From Chloroflexota bacterium (lineage in GTDB: Bacteria > Chloroflexota > Anaerolineae > Aggregatilineales > UBA3940), in contig JAADYX010000098.1 in assembly GCA_010092885.1 (NCBI GenBank), positions 2,051 through 66,050 on the forward strand: a stretch of 64,000 nt of DNA. Reading direction: 5' to 3'. Positions 17,319 to 25,235 of the stretch are shown piece after piece; the first letter of the stretch is position 1, and each line of letters begins with the position of its first letter. The notes under the pieces are model-generated. The model ran no database searches and was not told where the DNA came from. It saw only the letters and a program-made list of their open reading frames with translations. A program made the position numbers and the translations under genes.

Positions 17319-18682
17319 CACGTCTGGCCAGCGTGCGGCGGGTGCTCTGGCGCACCTTGCTGCTCAACTTGATCGTCGCTGCCGCCAAGGTGACCACCGG
17401 TTTGCTGACTGCCTCGCTGGCTATGGTGGCGGATGGCATTCATTCTGTGCTGGATGGAGCAGCAAATGTGGCAGGTCTGGTTGGCACGACTGCCGCCGCG
17501 CAACCCCCGGACGAGGATCATCCCTATGGGCACCGCCGCATCGAAACCCTCACCAGCTTGCTGATCGGCGGTGCCCTGCTGCTTACAGCCTGGGAGATCG
17601 TGCAGGCTGGCGTCAACCGGCTGGCCCAACCTATTGCCGCCAATATCACGACGGTCAACTTCGTGGTGATGGGTGTTTCCGTCCTGGTCAGTCTTGTCGT
17701 TTCGCGGTATGAGCGCCGGGCCGGGTTGGAGCTCAACTCTGAGCTGCTGTTGGCTGACTCCGAACACACTCGCAGCGATGTGTGGGTTTCTCTCACCGTG
17801 ATCGGCAGCCTGGTGGCCGCCCGCCTCGGTCTGAACTGGGTTGATCCGGCTGCGGCCCTGGTCGTCGTGGGCATCATCGGTTGGACGGCTTGGCAGGTCT
17901 TCCGGCGGTCAGCGGCCATTCTGATCGACCGGGCTCCGCTCGATTCCGACCAGGTCAGCCGTGTAGTCGAGGAGGTTGCTGGGGTTCAGTCTGTTGAACG
18001 TGTGCGCAGCCGTGGCCCTGCTGACAGCGTCCATCTGGATGTGGATGTCGCCGTGGCCGCTCCTATGACAGCCAGCCATAGTGCCGCCGTCGAACGCGAG
18101 ATCGCGCAGCAAGTTAGAGATCGCTTTGAAGGTATCTACGAGGTGCAGGTCCGCTTTGTGCCGCATCAAAGCATGGGGACCAATTATACTCTCATGGCCC
18201 GGGCGGAGGCTGATGCGTTAGGTCTCGGTGTGCACGAGGTGATCGCTGCACGTGAACCGGATGGAGTCCGCCTAAAGATGCATGTAGAAGTACAACCATC
18301 GCTCTCTGTGCGAGAAGCCCACCGCATTGTGACGGACTTTGAGAATCGACTACGCGGACAGTCCGCTGAGATCCTCGATGTGATCACGCATATTGAACCA
18401 GCCCCGGACAGCGAGCAGCCTGCTATCACCAGCGCTGCCGGTCTGGTGACCCGTGCACTGCTGGCGGCCAATGCGGTCTATCCGTGCGATGGTTGGCATG
18501 ATGTTACTGTCTTTATGGAGGCGGACGGCGGCTACGCCATCACGATGCACTGTTATGTCCCCGGTGAGATGACGATGCACACGGCTCATCATATGGCTGA
18601 AGAGGTCGAAACCCAGATCCGGGCGGCCATTCCCCAGGTTCACCGTGTGACAATCCACACAGAGCCGCCTGAGGCCCGTTAG
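17315..18682 (+). CDS. Cation diffusion facilitator (CDF) metal efflux transporter with two extra C-terminal cytoplasmic-domain repeats
   Basis: 455 aa. The TM core has ADGIHSVLD and HPYGHRRIETL. Three successive ...H..V....EP-type C-terminal domains follow. Confidence 0.85.
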   Translation: MTRLASVRRVLWRTLLLNLIVAAAKVTTGLLTASLAMVADGIHSVLDGAANVAGLVGTTAAAQPPDEDHPYGHRRIETLTSLLIGGALLLTAWEIVQAGVNRLAQPIAANITTVNFVVMGVSVLVSLVVSRYERRAGLELNSELLLADSEHTRSDVWVSLTVIGSLVAARLGLNWVDPAAALVVVGIIGWTAWQVFRRSAAILIDRAPLDSDQVSRVVEEVAGVQSVERVRSRGPADSVHLDVDVAVAAPMTASHSAAVEREIAQQVRDRFEGIYEVQVRFVPHQSMGTNYTLMARAEADALGLGVHEVIAAREPDGVRLKMHVEVQPSLSVREAHRIVTDFENRLRGQSAEILDVITHIEPAPDSEQPAITSAAGLVTRALLAANAVYPCDGWHDVTVFMEADGGYAITMHCYVPGEMTMHTAHHMAEEVETQIRAAIPQVHRVTIHTEPPEAR

Positions 18683-18728
18683 CGGGCTGGTAGGCCGGCG
18701 CTCCAACCACCCCATTTCCTCAGCCAGT

Positions 18729-18758
18729 TTGACTTAGAACGTCTGTTCCTGCTATAAT
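18729..18758 (+). promoter_or_regulatory. lexA promoter with an embedded SOS (Cheo-type) box
   Basis: TTGACT (18729-18734), an 18 nt spacer, then TATAAT (18753-18758). The spacer contains the perfect palindrome GAACgtctGTTC (18737-18748). The element lies 65 bp upstream of the lexA ATG. Confidence 0.8.
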
Positions 18759-18822
18759 GCCGTTATAAAAACCGAACATATGTGTTGAACCCATGTGCTA
18801 AACCCGTCTAAAGGGCATTGGT

Positions 18823-19467
18823 ATGGCAAAGCTATCTGATCGTCAACGTTCTATACTCACATTCATCGAGACATTCATCGGTGAAAACGGTTACCCGCCC
18901 ACCATCCGCGAGATCGGTGAAGCGTGCAGCATATCGTCCACGTCGGTGGTTAACTACAATCTAAACAAGCTCGAACGCGAAGGGTATCTCTCGCGGGATA
19001 ATAAGGTCTCGCGTGGCATCAAACTTGCCGAGGAGAACGGCGATACACCGGACGGCATTGTCCGCGTCCCTGTCATGGGGCGTATTGTCGCCAGTGAACC
19101 GGCCCCTGTGCCGTCGTCGGACTTCGGTTACTTCGGCTCCGACGAGATCATTGAGCTGACCCGCGATGTGGTCGGCACCGGCAGCAATCTCTTTGCACTC
19201 CAAGTGCAGGGCGACTCTATGATCGATGCCATGATCGATGATGGTGACATCATCGTGCTGCAGCCTCACCACGATGTGCGCAATGGTGATCTCGTCGCGG
19301 TCTGGCTTACCGATAAGGAAGAAACCACGCTCAAGCGCTTCTTCCAGGAGAAGGATGGCCGGATCCGGCTGCAGCCAGCCAACCCGCATATGCAGCCGAT
19401 CTACATCGAGGATGCGCAGACCGTAGAGGTCCAAGGTCGTGTTATCGCAGTCGTGCGCCAGCCCTAA
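18823..19467 (+). CDS. lexA: LexA repressor (S24 peptidase)
   Basis: 214 aa with an N-terminal wHTH (GYPPTIREIGEACSISSTSVVNYNLNKLEREGYL). The catalytic Ser is in QVQGDSM and the catalytic Lys is in TTLKRF. Confidence 0.95.
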   Translation: MAKLSDRQRSILTFIETFIGENGYPPTIREIGEACSISSTSVVNYNLNKLEREGYLSRDNKVSRGIKLAEENGDTPDGIVRVPVMGRIVASEPAPVPSSDFGYFGSDEIIELTRDVVGTGSNLFALQVQGDSMIDAMIDDGDIIVLQPHHDVRNGDLVAVWLTDKEETTLKRFFQEKDGRIRLQPANPHMQPIYIEDAQTVEVQGRVIAVVRQP

Positions 19468-19485
19468 TCGGCAGAGCTCACCAAT

Positions 19486-19509
19486 AAATGCCCGGTCCGC
19501 CGGGCATTT
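19486..19509 (+). terminator. Hairpin terminator downstream of lexA
   Basis: aaatgcccgg-tccg-ccgggcattt is a perfect 10 bp stem with a 4 nt loop. It lies 19 nt after the lexA stop and is followed by gtgatt. Confidence 0.7.
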
Positions 19510-19550
19510 GTGATTCACCGATGTGAGCTTCACCAGAGCACCTATGTATT

Positions 19551-19576
19551 GCACCATATATGATTGCCTATGGTGC
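19551..19576. promoter_or_regulatory. Inverted repeat overlapping the putative -35 of the GGDEF-RHH gene (candidate operator)
   Basis: gcaccata-N10-tatggtgc. The candidate promoter is TTGCCT (19564-69), an 18 nt spacer, then TATAGT (19588-93). RBS ggaggg sits before the ATG at 19626. Confidence 0.4.
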
Positions 19577-19625
19577 GCCATGTATGATATAGTGTCTTTA
19601 CGTTTGGTCGTAATGGAGGGTTGGC

Positions 19626-20333
19626 ATGAGCAGCTTTAAACCGCTGTACGCCCGCACAGGGCTCATCCGCAGACGCCCGATCGAGATGCGCATCGATGAG
19701 ATCATCAACCGCATCAGCACGATGGGTGAAGGCTGCATATCAGTGGCTATCCTCGATATCGACGGTTTTGGCAGGGTCGAAGAGCAGTATGGCTATCACT
19801 TCGCCGACAAGCTGCTGGACACCATCGCTCAATTCCTTGAAGGGGAAGAGGGGGAAGATGTAGCAGCACGCTATGTCCGTGACTCGTTCGTACTCATCTA
19901 CGATGGCCTTCCGTTGGAGGAAGCGTTCCTGAGGGCTGAAGCGATTCGCAAGCAGCTGTGCGCAGAAGTGTTCAACGTGCAGGCTGCTGAGCAGGAAGCC
20001 GACATCGAACTGAGCTTCAGTGCGGGTGTGGCGACCTATCCGGATGATGCCGATGACCGCGTTCAGTTGATGACGCTGGCTGATGCGGCAGCCAAACAGG
20101 CACTCAACAGCGGTGGTAACCGGATCGCCTTCGGCAGGCCGGAAAGCATGACCCCCAAGACCAGCCACTATCTGCCAACCCAGCTGGCGCAGCTCAGAGA
20201 GCTGAGAGAACGTCTGGACCGCTCGGAGGCACAGCTCCTACGTGAGGCGCTTGACGACCTCCTGCGCAAATACGACCAACGTGACTACCGGCGTGGCAGC
20301 ACCCTGGAGGAAGACCAGCCCGAGAGATCGTAA
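19626..20333 (+). CDS. Degenerate GGDEF-domain protein with a C-terminal ribbon-helix-helix (CopG-like) DNA-binding domain
   Basis: 235 aa. The GGDEF scaffold reads ILDIDGFGRVEEQYGYHFADKLL...ARYVRDSFVLIY...SFSAGVATYP...ADAAAKQALNSGGNRIAF. The signature is VRDSF instead of GG(D/E)EF. The C-terminal segment TSHYLPTQLAQLRELRERLDRSEAQLLREALDDLLRKY is RHH-like. Confidence 0.7.
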   Translation: MSSFKPLYARTGLIRRRPIEMRIDEIINRISTMGEGCISVAILDIDGFGRVEEQYGYHFADKLLDTIAQFLEGEEGEDVAARYVRDSFVLIYDGLPLEEAFLRAEAIRKQLCAEVFNVQAAEQEADIELSFSAGVATYPDDADDRVQLMTLADAAAKQALNSGGNRIAFGRPESMTPKTSHYLPTQLAQLRELRERLDRSEAQLLREALDDLLRKYDQRDYRRGSTLEEDQPERS

Positions 20334-20341
20334 AGAAAAAA

Positions 20342-20371
20342 GGCGCTTCGATGCGCGAACATCGAAACGCC
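20342..20371 (+). terminator. Hairpin downstream of the GGDEF-RHH gene
   Basis: ggcgcttcgatg-cgcgaa-catcgaaacgcc is a 12 bp stem with one mismatch. It starts 9 nt after the stop. There is no clear U-tract. Confidence 0.5.
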
Positions 20372-20471
20372 GAACGAGATGAATAGCTCATCCGTATGAT
20401 AGTACTGCATTCCTATTATACGGGAGTCGATTGCGGAATACAAGACCCTCAATCAAACCAAAGGAAAAAGC

Positions 20472-20816
20472 ATGTCCTTGCATATTGACTCCGTCTACCA
20501 GCAGAACATTCTACCCAAAGACTGTGCGATCTGTGGACGCACAACAGGCTCGCGTCGCCCTGTGCGTTTCATCCTGATGGATGATGACAACCAGCTTGGC
20601 GATGTGTGCGAACGCTGTGCCTACGGTTCAACGGATTTGTGGCGCGTCGCCATGCTCGAATATGCCATCCGCATGGAAACGCATGCCGCCGTGCTGCGCT
20701 CGATGGCCGCTTCTCTTGACGATGCACAGCCTGCCCCGGAGGGCATTGCTGAGGAGCTCATCCAGGCCAATATGAACAACCGGTCTGGCTTCCCGGGACG
20801 CCGTTTCGGCTCCTGA
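20472..20816 (+). CDS. Hypothetical small protein with a CxxC...CxxC zinc-ribbon-like motif
   Basis: 114 aa. RBS aaaggaaaaag. Cysteine pairs CAICGRT and CERCAYG. I recognise no other motif. Confidence 0.55.
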   Translation: MSLHIDSVYQQNILPKDCAICGRTTGSRRPVRFILMDDDNQLGDVCERCAYGSTDLWRVAMLEYAIRMETHAAVLRSMAASLDDAQPAPEGIAEELIQANMNNRSGFPGRRFGS

Positions 20817-20838
20817 GGGCTATCACAACAAGCCACAG

Positions 20839-20863
20839 GCGGGGATGGGCTGCCCATCCCCGC
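20839..20863 (+). terminator. Rho-independent-type terminator
   Basis: gcggggatggg-ctg-cccatccccgc is an 11 bp GC-rich stem. It is followed by atttgatt and lies 23 nt after the stop at 20816. Confidence 0.7.
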
Positions 20864-20926
20864 ATTTGATTCGTGCACCTTACAGCCGGTATCCTCGGGC
20901 TGCACGCTATCTATCAGGAACTACCC

Positions 20927-21388
20927 ATGTCTGATTCGCCTCGCCTCAGTGGAGGCCACACGCAAATGCCCGGTTTGGGTGGCGGGCGCGGTGCGAGGCT
21001 GTTAGTTGCCTCGCTGACGGAGGCGTCAAAGCGACCCGCAGCCATCCAACGTCTGATTGAAATCGGTGAGCCTGCAGTACCCTCTTTGCTGGATGCCCTC
21101 TCACATCGCAGCCGCCACGTCCGCGATGCAGCCGCTTACACGCTCGGCAAGATCGGCAGCCGTGCGGCTGTCTTCCCGTTAATCGCTGTCCTGCGGGATC
21201 CAGAACCGGCTGTCCGCAAAATTGCGGCCTACGCTCTTGGCGCCATTGAAGATGTTCGGGCCCTGCCCGCTCTGATCGCTTTGCTGCGTGACCGCGACAA
21301 CCAGGTGGTTGATGCCGCTGTATATGCGCTCAGCCGCATCGATCTCCCGGACGGCCTCGTCAAAACGATAGAGGCGTGGGCCGAGTGA
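20927..21388 (+). CDS. HEAT-repeat (PBS-lyase HEAT-like) protein
   Basis: I trimmed track ORF 20873.. to the ATG at 20927 (MSDSPRLSG). Repeats: RHVRDAAAYTLGKIG, PAVRKIAAYALGAI and NQVVDAAVYALSRI. Confidence 0.7.
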   Translation: MSDSPRLSGGHTQMPGLGGGRGARLLVASLTEASKRPAAIQRLIEIGEPAVPSLLDALSHRSRHVRDAAAYTLGKIGSRAAVFPLIAVLRDPEPAVRKIAAYALGAIEDVRALPALIALLRDRDNQVVDAAVYALSRIDLPDGLVKTIEAWAE

Positions 21389-21389
21389 G

Positions 21390-22172
21390 TCAGTCTTTTG
21401 GTGGCATAGGGATAAACGCACTCGTCCGCCGCTTGTAGTCCTCGTAGCCGGGTTTTTCGTCAAGGGTCTCTTCCAGCAGGGTCACGCCTGAGACACGCAG
21501 CAGCAGGAAAGTCATCAGGGCCGGGCCGACCAGGCTAACCACGCCAAAGACGGTCAGGGTGGCCAGCGCAAATAGTCCGTAACCCCACCACGCTGCGGCA
21601 TCCCCGAAATAGTTGGGATGGCGTGTATACTGCCATAAACCGGAGGCCAACACCTTGCCCTTGTTCTCCGGATTGGCCTTGAAGGCCGCGAGTTGAATAT
21701 CCCCTACCGCCTCAAAGAACAGACCGATCCCCCACACGAGCACGCCAAGCAAATCGAACGGGTTCAGGCCTTCCGGGTCGAGTTGAGCAGCGAGGAACGG
21801 CATGGAGATAAACCAAAACAGCACCCCTTGCAGCAGAAACACTCTGAACAGGCTGACCCACCACCAGCTTTCACCAGTCTCCGCACGCCATTTCCGATAG
21901 CGAAAGTCCTCGCCTTTGCCCCAGTTTCGGTACAGGAGGTAACCAGCCAACCGCAGCCCCCACACTGTTACCAGAATCACGATCAGTGTCTTTCGTGGGC
22001 CTGCTGTATCCGTGGAAAAGAAATACGTCCATGCCATCAGGATGAAGCCAATGCCCCAGAAAATATCCACGATGCTGGAGTCGGTCAGGATCAGACTAAC
22101 GATCCACAGGCCGACCATGAATATCACCATGACGATGAAAGCCGTGCCCAGACTTGTTAAGATTTCAGACAT
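21390..22172 (-). CDS. DUF1295 / steroid 5-alpha-reductase-like membrane protein
   Basis: 260 aa, polytopic. It carries the signature YTRHPNYFGDAAAWWG. Confidence 0.75.
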   Translation of the reverse strand: MSEILTSLGTAFIVMVIFMVGLWIVSLILTDSSIVDIFWGIGFILMAWTYFFSTDTAGPRKTLIVILVTVWGLRLAGYLLYRNWGKGEDFRYRKWRAETGESWWWVSLFRVFLLQGVLFWFISMPFLAAQLDPEGLNPFDLLGVLVWGIGLFFEAVGDIQLAAFKANPENKGKVLASGLWQYTRHPNYFGDAAAWWGYGLFALATLTVFGVVSLVGPALMTFLLLRVSGVTLLEETLDEKPGYEDYKRRTSAFIPMPPKD

Positions 22173-22200
22173 AACGTTTCCTTGGTGCTTTGATGTGTCT

Positions 22201-23094
22201 ATGCGTGTGAGCTATTCACCCGGATATTACGTTCCCCTGCCGGAGGGGCATGTCTTCCCGATGGGCAAATTCCCGGCACTGCATCGTATTCTGCATGACG
22301 AATGCCTGATCACGGGCGTTGTGGAACCGGAACAGGCTGCCTGGGCAGACCTGCGGTTGGTCCATCACACTGAATACCTACGGAAGCTTGAACATGGCAC
22401 CCTGAGCCCTAAGGAAGAGCGTAAGCTAGGTTTGCCCTGGTCTCCGCAGCTGATCTATCGCTCACGTCTGGCCGTGCAGGGGACGATCAACGCGATGAGT
22501 ATAGCACTTGAAGACGGCATCGGGGCCAACCTCGCAGGTGGTACCCACCACACCTTTCCCGACCACGGTGAAGGATTCTGTGTGCTCAACGATGTTGCGG
22601 TTGCGATTCGGGTGCACCAGCGTGCGGACCGGATCAAACGGGCCCTTGTCATCGATCTGGATGTGCATCAGGGCAACGGCACTGCCGCCATATTTGAGCA
22701 CGATGCGACAGTCTACACATTTTCCATGCATGGTGCTCGCAACTATCCATTCCACAAGCAGACGTCGTCGCGGGATGTCGGCCTGCCGGACGGCGCAGAT
22801 GACGACGCATATCTCAGCCTCCTGTCAGAGCATCTGCCCACTGTTTTCGCTGAGGCACGGGCAGATATTGTCCTGTATCTTGCGGGCGTGGATATTGTGC
22901 GCGGTGATCGGTTTGGCCGGTTGAACGTCACCCGACAGGGGCTGCACGAGCGTGAACGCACCGTTCTGCAGGCTGTGCGGCGGGCTGGGTTGCCCGTCAC
23001 TTTGTTGATGTCCGGCGGCTATGCCAAAACGCCAGCGCTCACCGCCGATCTCCATGCTGAAGCCCATCGCGCGGCGCATACCATCTTCGGCTAA
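22201..23094 (+). CDS. Histone deacetylase family (class II/AcuC-like) deacetylase
   Basis: I trimmed to the ATG at 22201 (MRVSYSPGY). Motifs: GGTHHTFPDHGEGFCVLNDVAVA, DLDVHQGNGT and MSGGYA. Confidence 0.88.
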   Translation: MRVSYSPGYYVPLPEGHVFPMGKFPALHRILHDECLITGVVEPEQAAWADLRLVHHTEYLRKLEHGTLSPKEERKLGLPWSPQLIYRSRLAVQGTINAMSIALEDGIGANLAGGTHHTFPDHGEGFCVLNDVAVAIRVHQRADRIKRALVIDLDVHQGNGTAAIFEHDATVYTFSMHGARNYPFHKQTSSRDVGLPDGADDDAYLSLLSEHLPTVFAEARADIVLYLAGVDIVRGDRFGRLNVTRQGLHERERTVLQAVRRAGLPVTLLMSGGYAKTPALTADLHAEAHRAAHTIFG

Positions 23095-23132
23095 CCCTCC
23101 TGTTGTAAGGGTGTCAAAGCATCACACCCCAG

Positions 23133-24182
23133 ATGTATAATGGCAGCATGCTGTCATTTTTCATGCAGACACTACGCTATATGCTGGGGCGCACCGAAAA
23201 CCCGCTCTACCATCGGGAAAAGAGCGGCTGGATCTACGGGCAGGCCGTCCGAACGCTGCAGCGCGGGTGTGCGCCGCTTACACTGGTTGTGCTTGCTGGT
23301 ATCCCCGCTCTGTGCGCGTTGATGGTACTTCCCTCTGTGTTCGCCGATCCGGATACGGCGCTCATCATAATGCCTTTTACGGTGCTGTTTGGCATCTATC
23401 TCGCTGGCGAACTCATTTTGTTCGGTGCCAGCCTTGCCGCAACGGTCTATGGTTCCACAGTAATCAGTGCGGAGGTCGAGGGTCAGACCCTTGGTTCGCT
23501 GCGCATGACCCCGCTTGAGCCGCGTGAGGTGGTTCTTGCTAAATTCGGATCGGTCTTCCATAGGCTAAAGCTGCCCACTGCTGTGACAACCGTCACTCGG
23601 CTGCTTTTTTTCGTTGGCATGATTGTGTACGTACTGGTTTTGGCCTTGATCGCGGTGGCAGCCGAGTCCGCCACCGGAACGGGTTTTTCCGCACCGGCGG
23701 CATCGGTACCTGTGCTGCCCTCGCTGCCTGTGCTGCCTTTGATTGTCGGCAGTACGGCAGCGGTCATCCTCATCCTGATGGCCGTTGCCGCCTGGCTGCT
23801 GGTCTTCTTTTTACAGCCCGTGCTGCGCATCAGTATGTTTTCCGCGCTGAGTGTGTTTGCTTCATCGCTTGCCCGTTCACGTTCTACGGGTTTAGTTACG
23901 GCCATCTTCTTCCGTATTGGCTATTTCGTGGCAAGCTACACCCTCAGCCAGATGCTTTCTTCAGCGTTCTCCCTGCTGGCGCTTCCGATTTTGGCACTGC
24001 CTTTGTTGGTTGGCACCGTGGAACAGTTCATCATTGCCCAACCACTGATCGCCCTGTACTTAGGGTTGTTCGCTGCGATTGTGACCGCGGTTCTTGCGAT
24101 TATGGGGAGCTTTGGGGTGACGCTCTTAGTACTGCATTGGGCAGGCCGCCGCACAGGCCGCCTGCCCTTTGATATCGGCTAG
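23133..24182 (+). CDS. Polytopic membrane protein, ABC-2-type permease-like, with no ATPase partner nearby
   Basis: 349 aa with about 7 hydrophobic spans. ISAEVEGQTLGSLRMTPLEPREVVLAKF resembles the ABC-2 permease E-x-GTLE-x-L motif. Weak call. Confidence 0.45.
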   Translation: MYNGSMLSFFMQTLRYMLGRTENPLYHREKSGWIYGQAVRTLQRGCAPLTLVVLAGIPALCALMVLPSVFADPDTALIIMPFTVLFGIYLAGELILFGASLAATVYGSTVISAEVEGQTLGSLRMTPLEPREVVLAKFGSVFHRLKLPTAVTTVTRLLFFVGMIVYVLVLALIAVAAESATGTGFSAPAASVPVLPSLPVLPLIVGSTAAVILILMAVAAWLLVFFLQPVLRISMFSALSVFASSLARSRSTGLVTAIFFRIGYFVASYTLSQMLSSAFSLLALPILALPLLVGTVEQFIIAQPLIALYLGLFAAIVTAVLAIMGSFGVTLLVLHWAGRRTGRLPFDIG

Positions 24183-25222
24183 CTGGTTTGTTGGGTTTCC
24201 TCAGTGTCGCCGCTGGCGAGCTGTTCGCGGCGTTCACGCCGTTCGCGACGGCGGCTTTGGCGTTCGCGCTCGCGGGCCATACGGCGCTGCTGACGCTCCC
24301 GGTCCTCTTCGATCTTGTCGTAAGCCTGCCGGCGTTCCTTCCAAGTTGGTGGTTTGTCAAGGAAGGGGATGCGTATGTAGCCGGTTCGTTCCAGCACAAT
24401 GATGGTGCCTAGCAGCATGTAAAGCAGTGCGAAAAACTGCCCCGCTGTCATCAGCGGCTCACCGGTGGTCGGGTTCGGAATGGTGGGCTGGTCAGGTCGC
24501 CACACCTCGACAATGAAGCGTCCGATGCCCGCTGCAATGAAGTAAACGCCTGCGGGTATACCGCGCACGATCTCACGTTGGTAGCGTTGGAACAGATAGT
24601 ACATCACCCCGAATACCAACACCAGCCATATCGCCTCATAGACCATGGTTGGATGGAAGCGTGTGTCCGGTGGCAGAGTAGCATAGTCCGGCAGTCGGAA
24701 CTGAGCTGGTATTCGGATGCCCCACGGCAGTTCGGTCGGCGGGCCGTACAGCTCCCGGTTGACGAGGTTGCCCATCCGCCCGATTGCTTGGCCTAACAGC
24801 AGACCCATCAGAGCACCGTCAGCCAGCACCCACCCGTCGGCTTTGCGGGCCCGTGTGAACAACGCCAGCGCGATAAAGCCGAGCAGCGCGCCACCGAAGA
24901 TGTTCATACCACCCTGTCGGGGATTGAACACATCCAATACGGACGAATACTGTACAGTGCCCGCCAGGGCAGTCTGTGCCACGTACCACAGCCGGGCACC
25001 CAGAAGCCCCGCCGGGAGCACGAACAGCAGTGCATCCCACACGATATCCGGGTCTTCGCTCTCCATCCGCAGATGGTGTTGAGCATATGTCGCGCCAACG
25101 ATGATGCCGATGGCTGCTATGATGCCATACCAGTAAACGGGAAACAGTTCCCCACCGATGCGAATCGGCAGGCAAAACGCGACTCGCACCTCACTTGAAC
25201 AGGCGACAATCTCCTGCCACAT
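24179..25222 (-). CDS. lgt: Prolipoprotein diacylglyceryl transferase with an Arg/Glu-rich C-terminal tail
   Basis: 347 aa. Motifs: FPVYWYGIIAAIGII, GARLWYV, GQAIGRMGNLVNRELYG and PTMVYEAIW. The tail reads RERQQRRMARERERQSRRRERRERRE. Confidence 0.9.
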   Translation of the reverse strand: MWQEIVACSSEVRVAFCLPIRIGGELFPVYWYGIIAAIGIIVGATYAQHHLRMESEDPDIVWDALLFVLPAGLLGARLWYVAQTALAGTVQYSSVLDVFNPRQGGMNIFGGALLGFIALALFTRARKADGWVLADGALMGLLLGQAIGRMGNLVNRELYGPPTELPWGIRIPAQFRLPDYATLPPDTRFHPTMVYEAIWLVLVFGVMYYLFQRYQREIVRGIPAGVYFIAAGIGRFIVEVWRPDQPTIPNPTTGEPLMTAGQFFALLYMLLGTIIVLERTGYIRIPFLDKPPTWKERRQAYDKIEEDRERQQRRMARERERQSRRRERRERREQLASGDTEETQQTS

Positions 25223-25235
25223 CAGACCTCTCTCC

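Noticed and set aside
18774-18785. A second LexA box, GAACatatGTGT, downstream of the lexA -10 element
   Set aside because: There are two mismatches in the right half-site relative to GAAC-N4-GTTC. I mention it only as a possible weak auxiliary site and do not annotate it as a feature.
19626-20333. The GGDEF-like protein as an mCpol/CBASS-type signalling nucleotide polymerase of a defence system
   Set aside because: The acidic GGDD/GGDEF catalytic motif is replaced by VRDSF. There is no effector gene nearby (TM, nuclease, TIR or CARF/SAVED), and the neighbours are lexA and small housekeeping-like genes.
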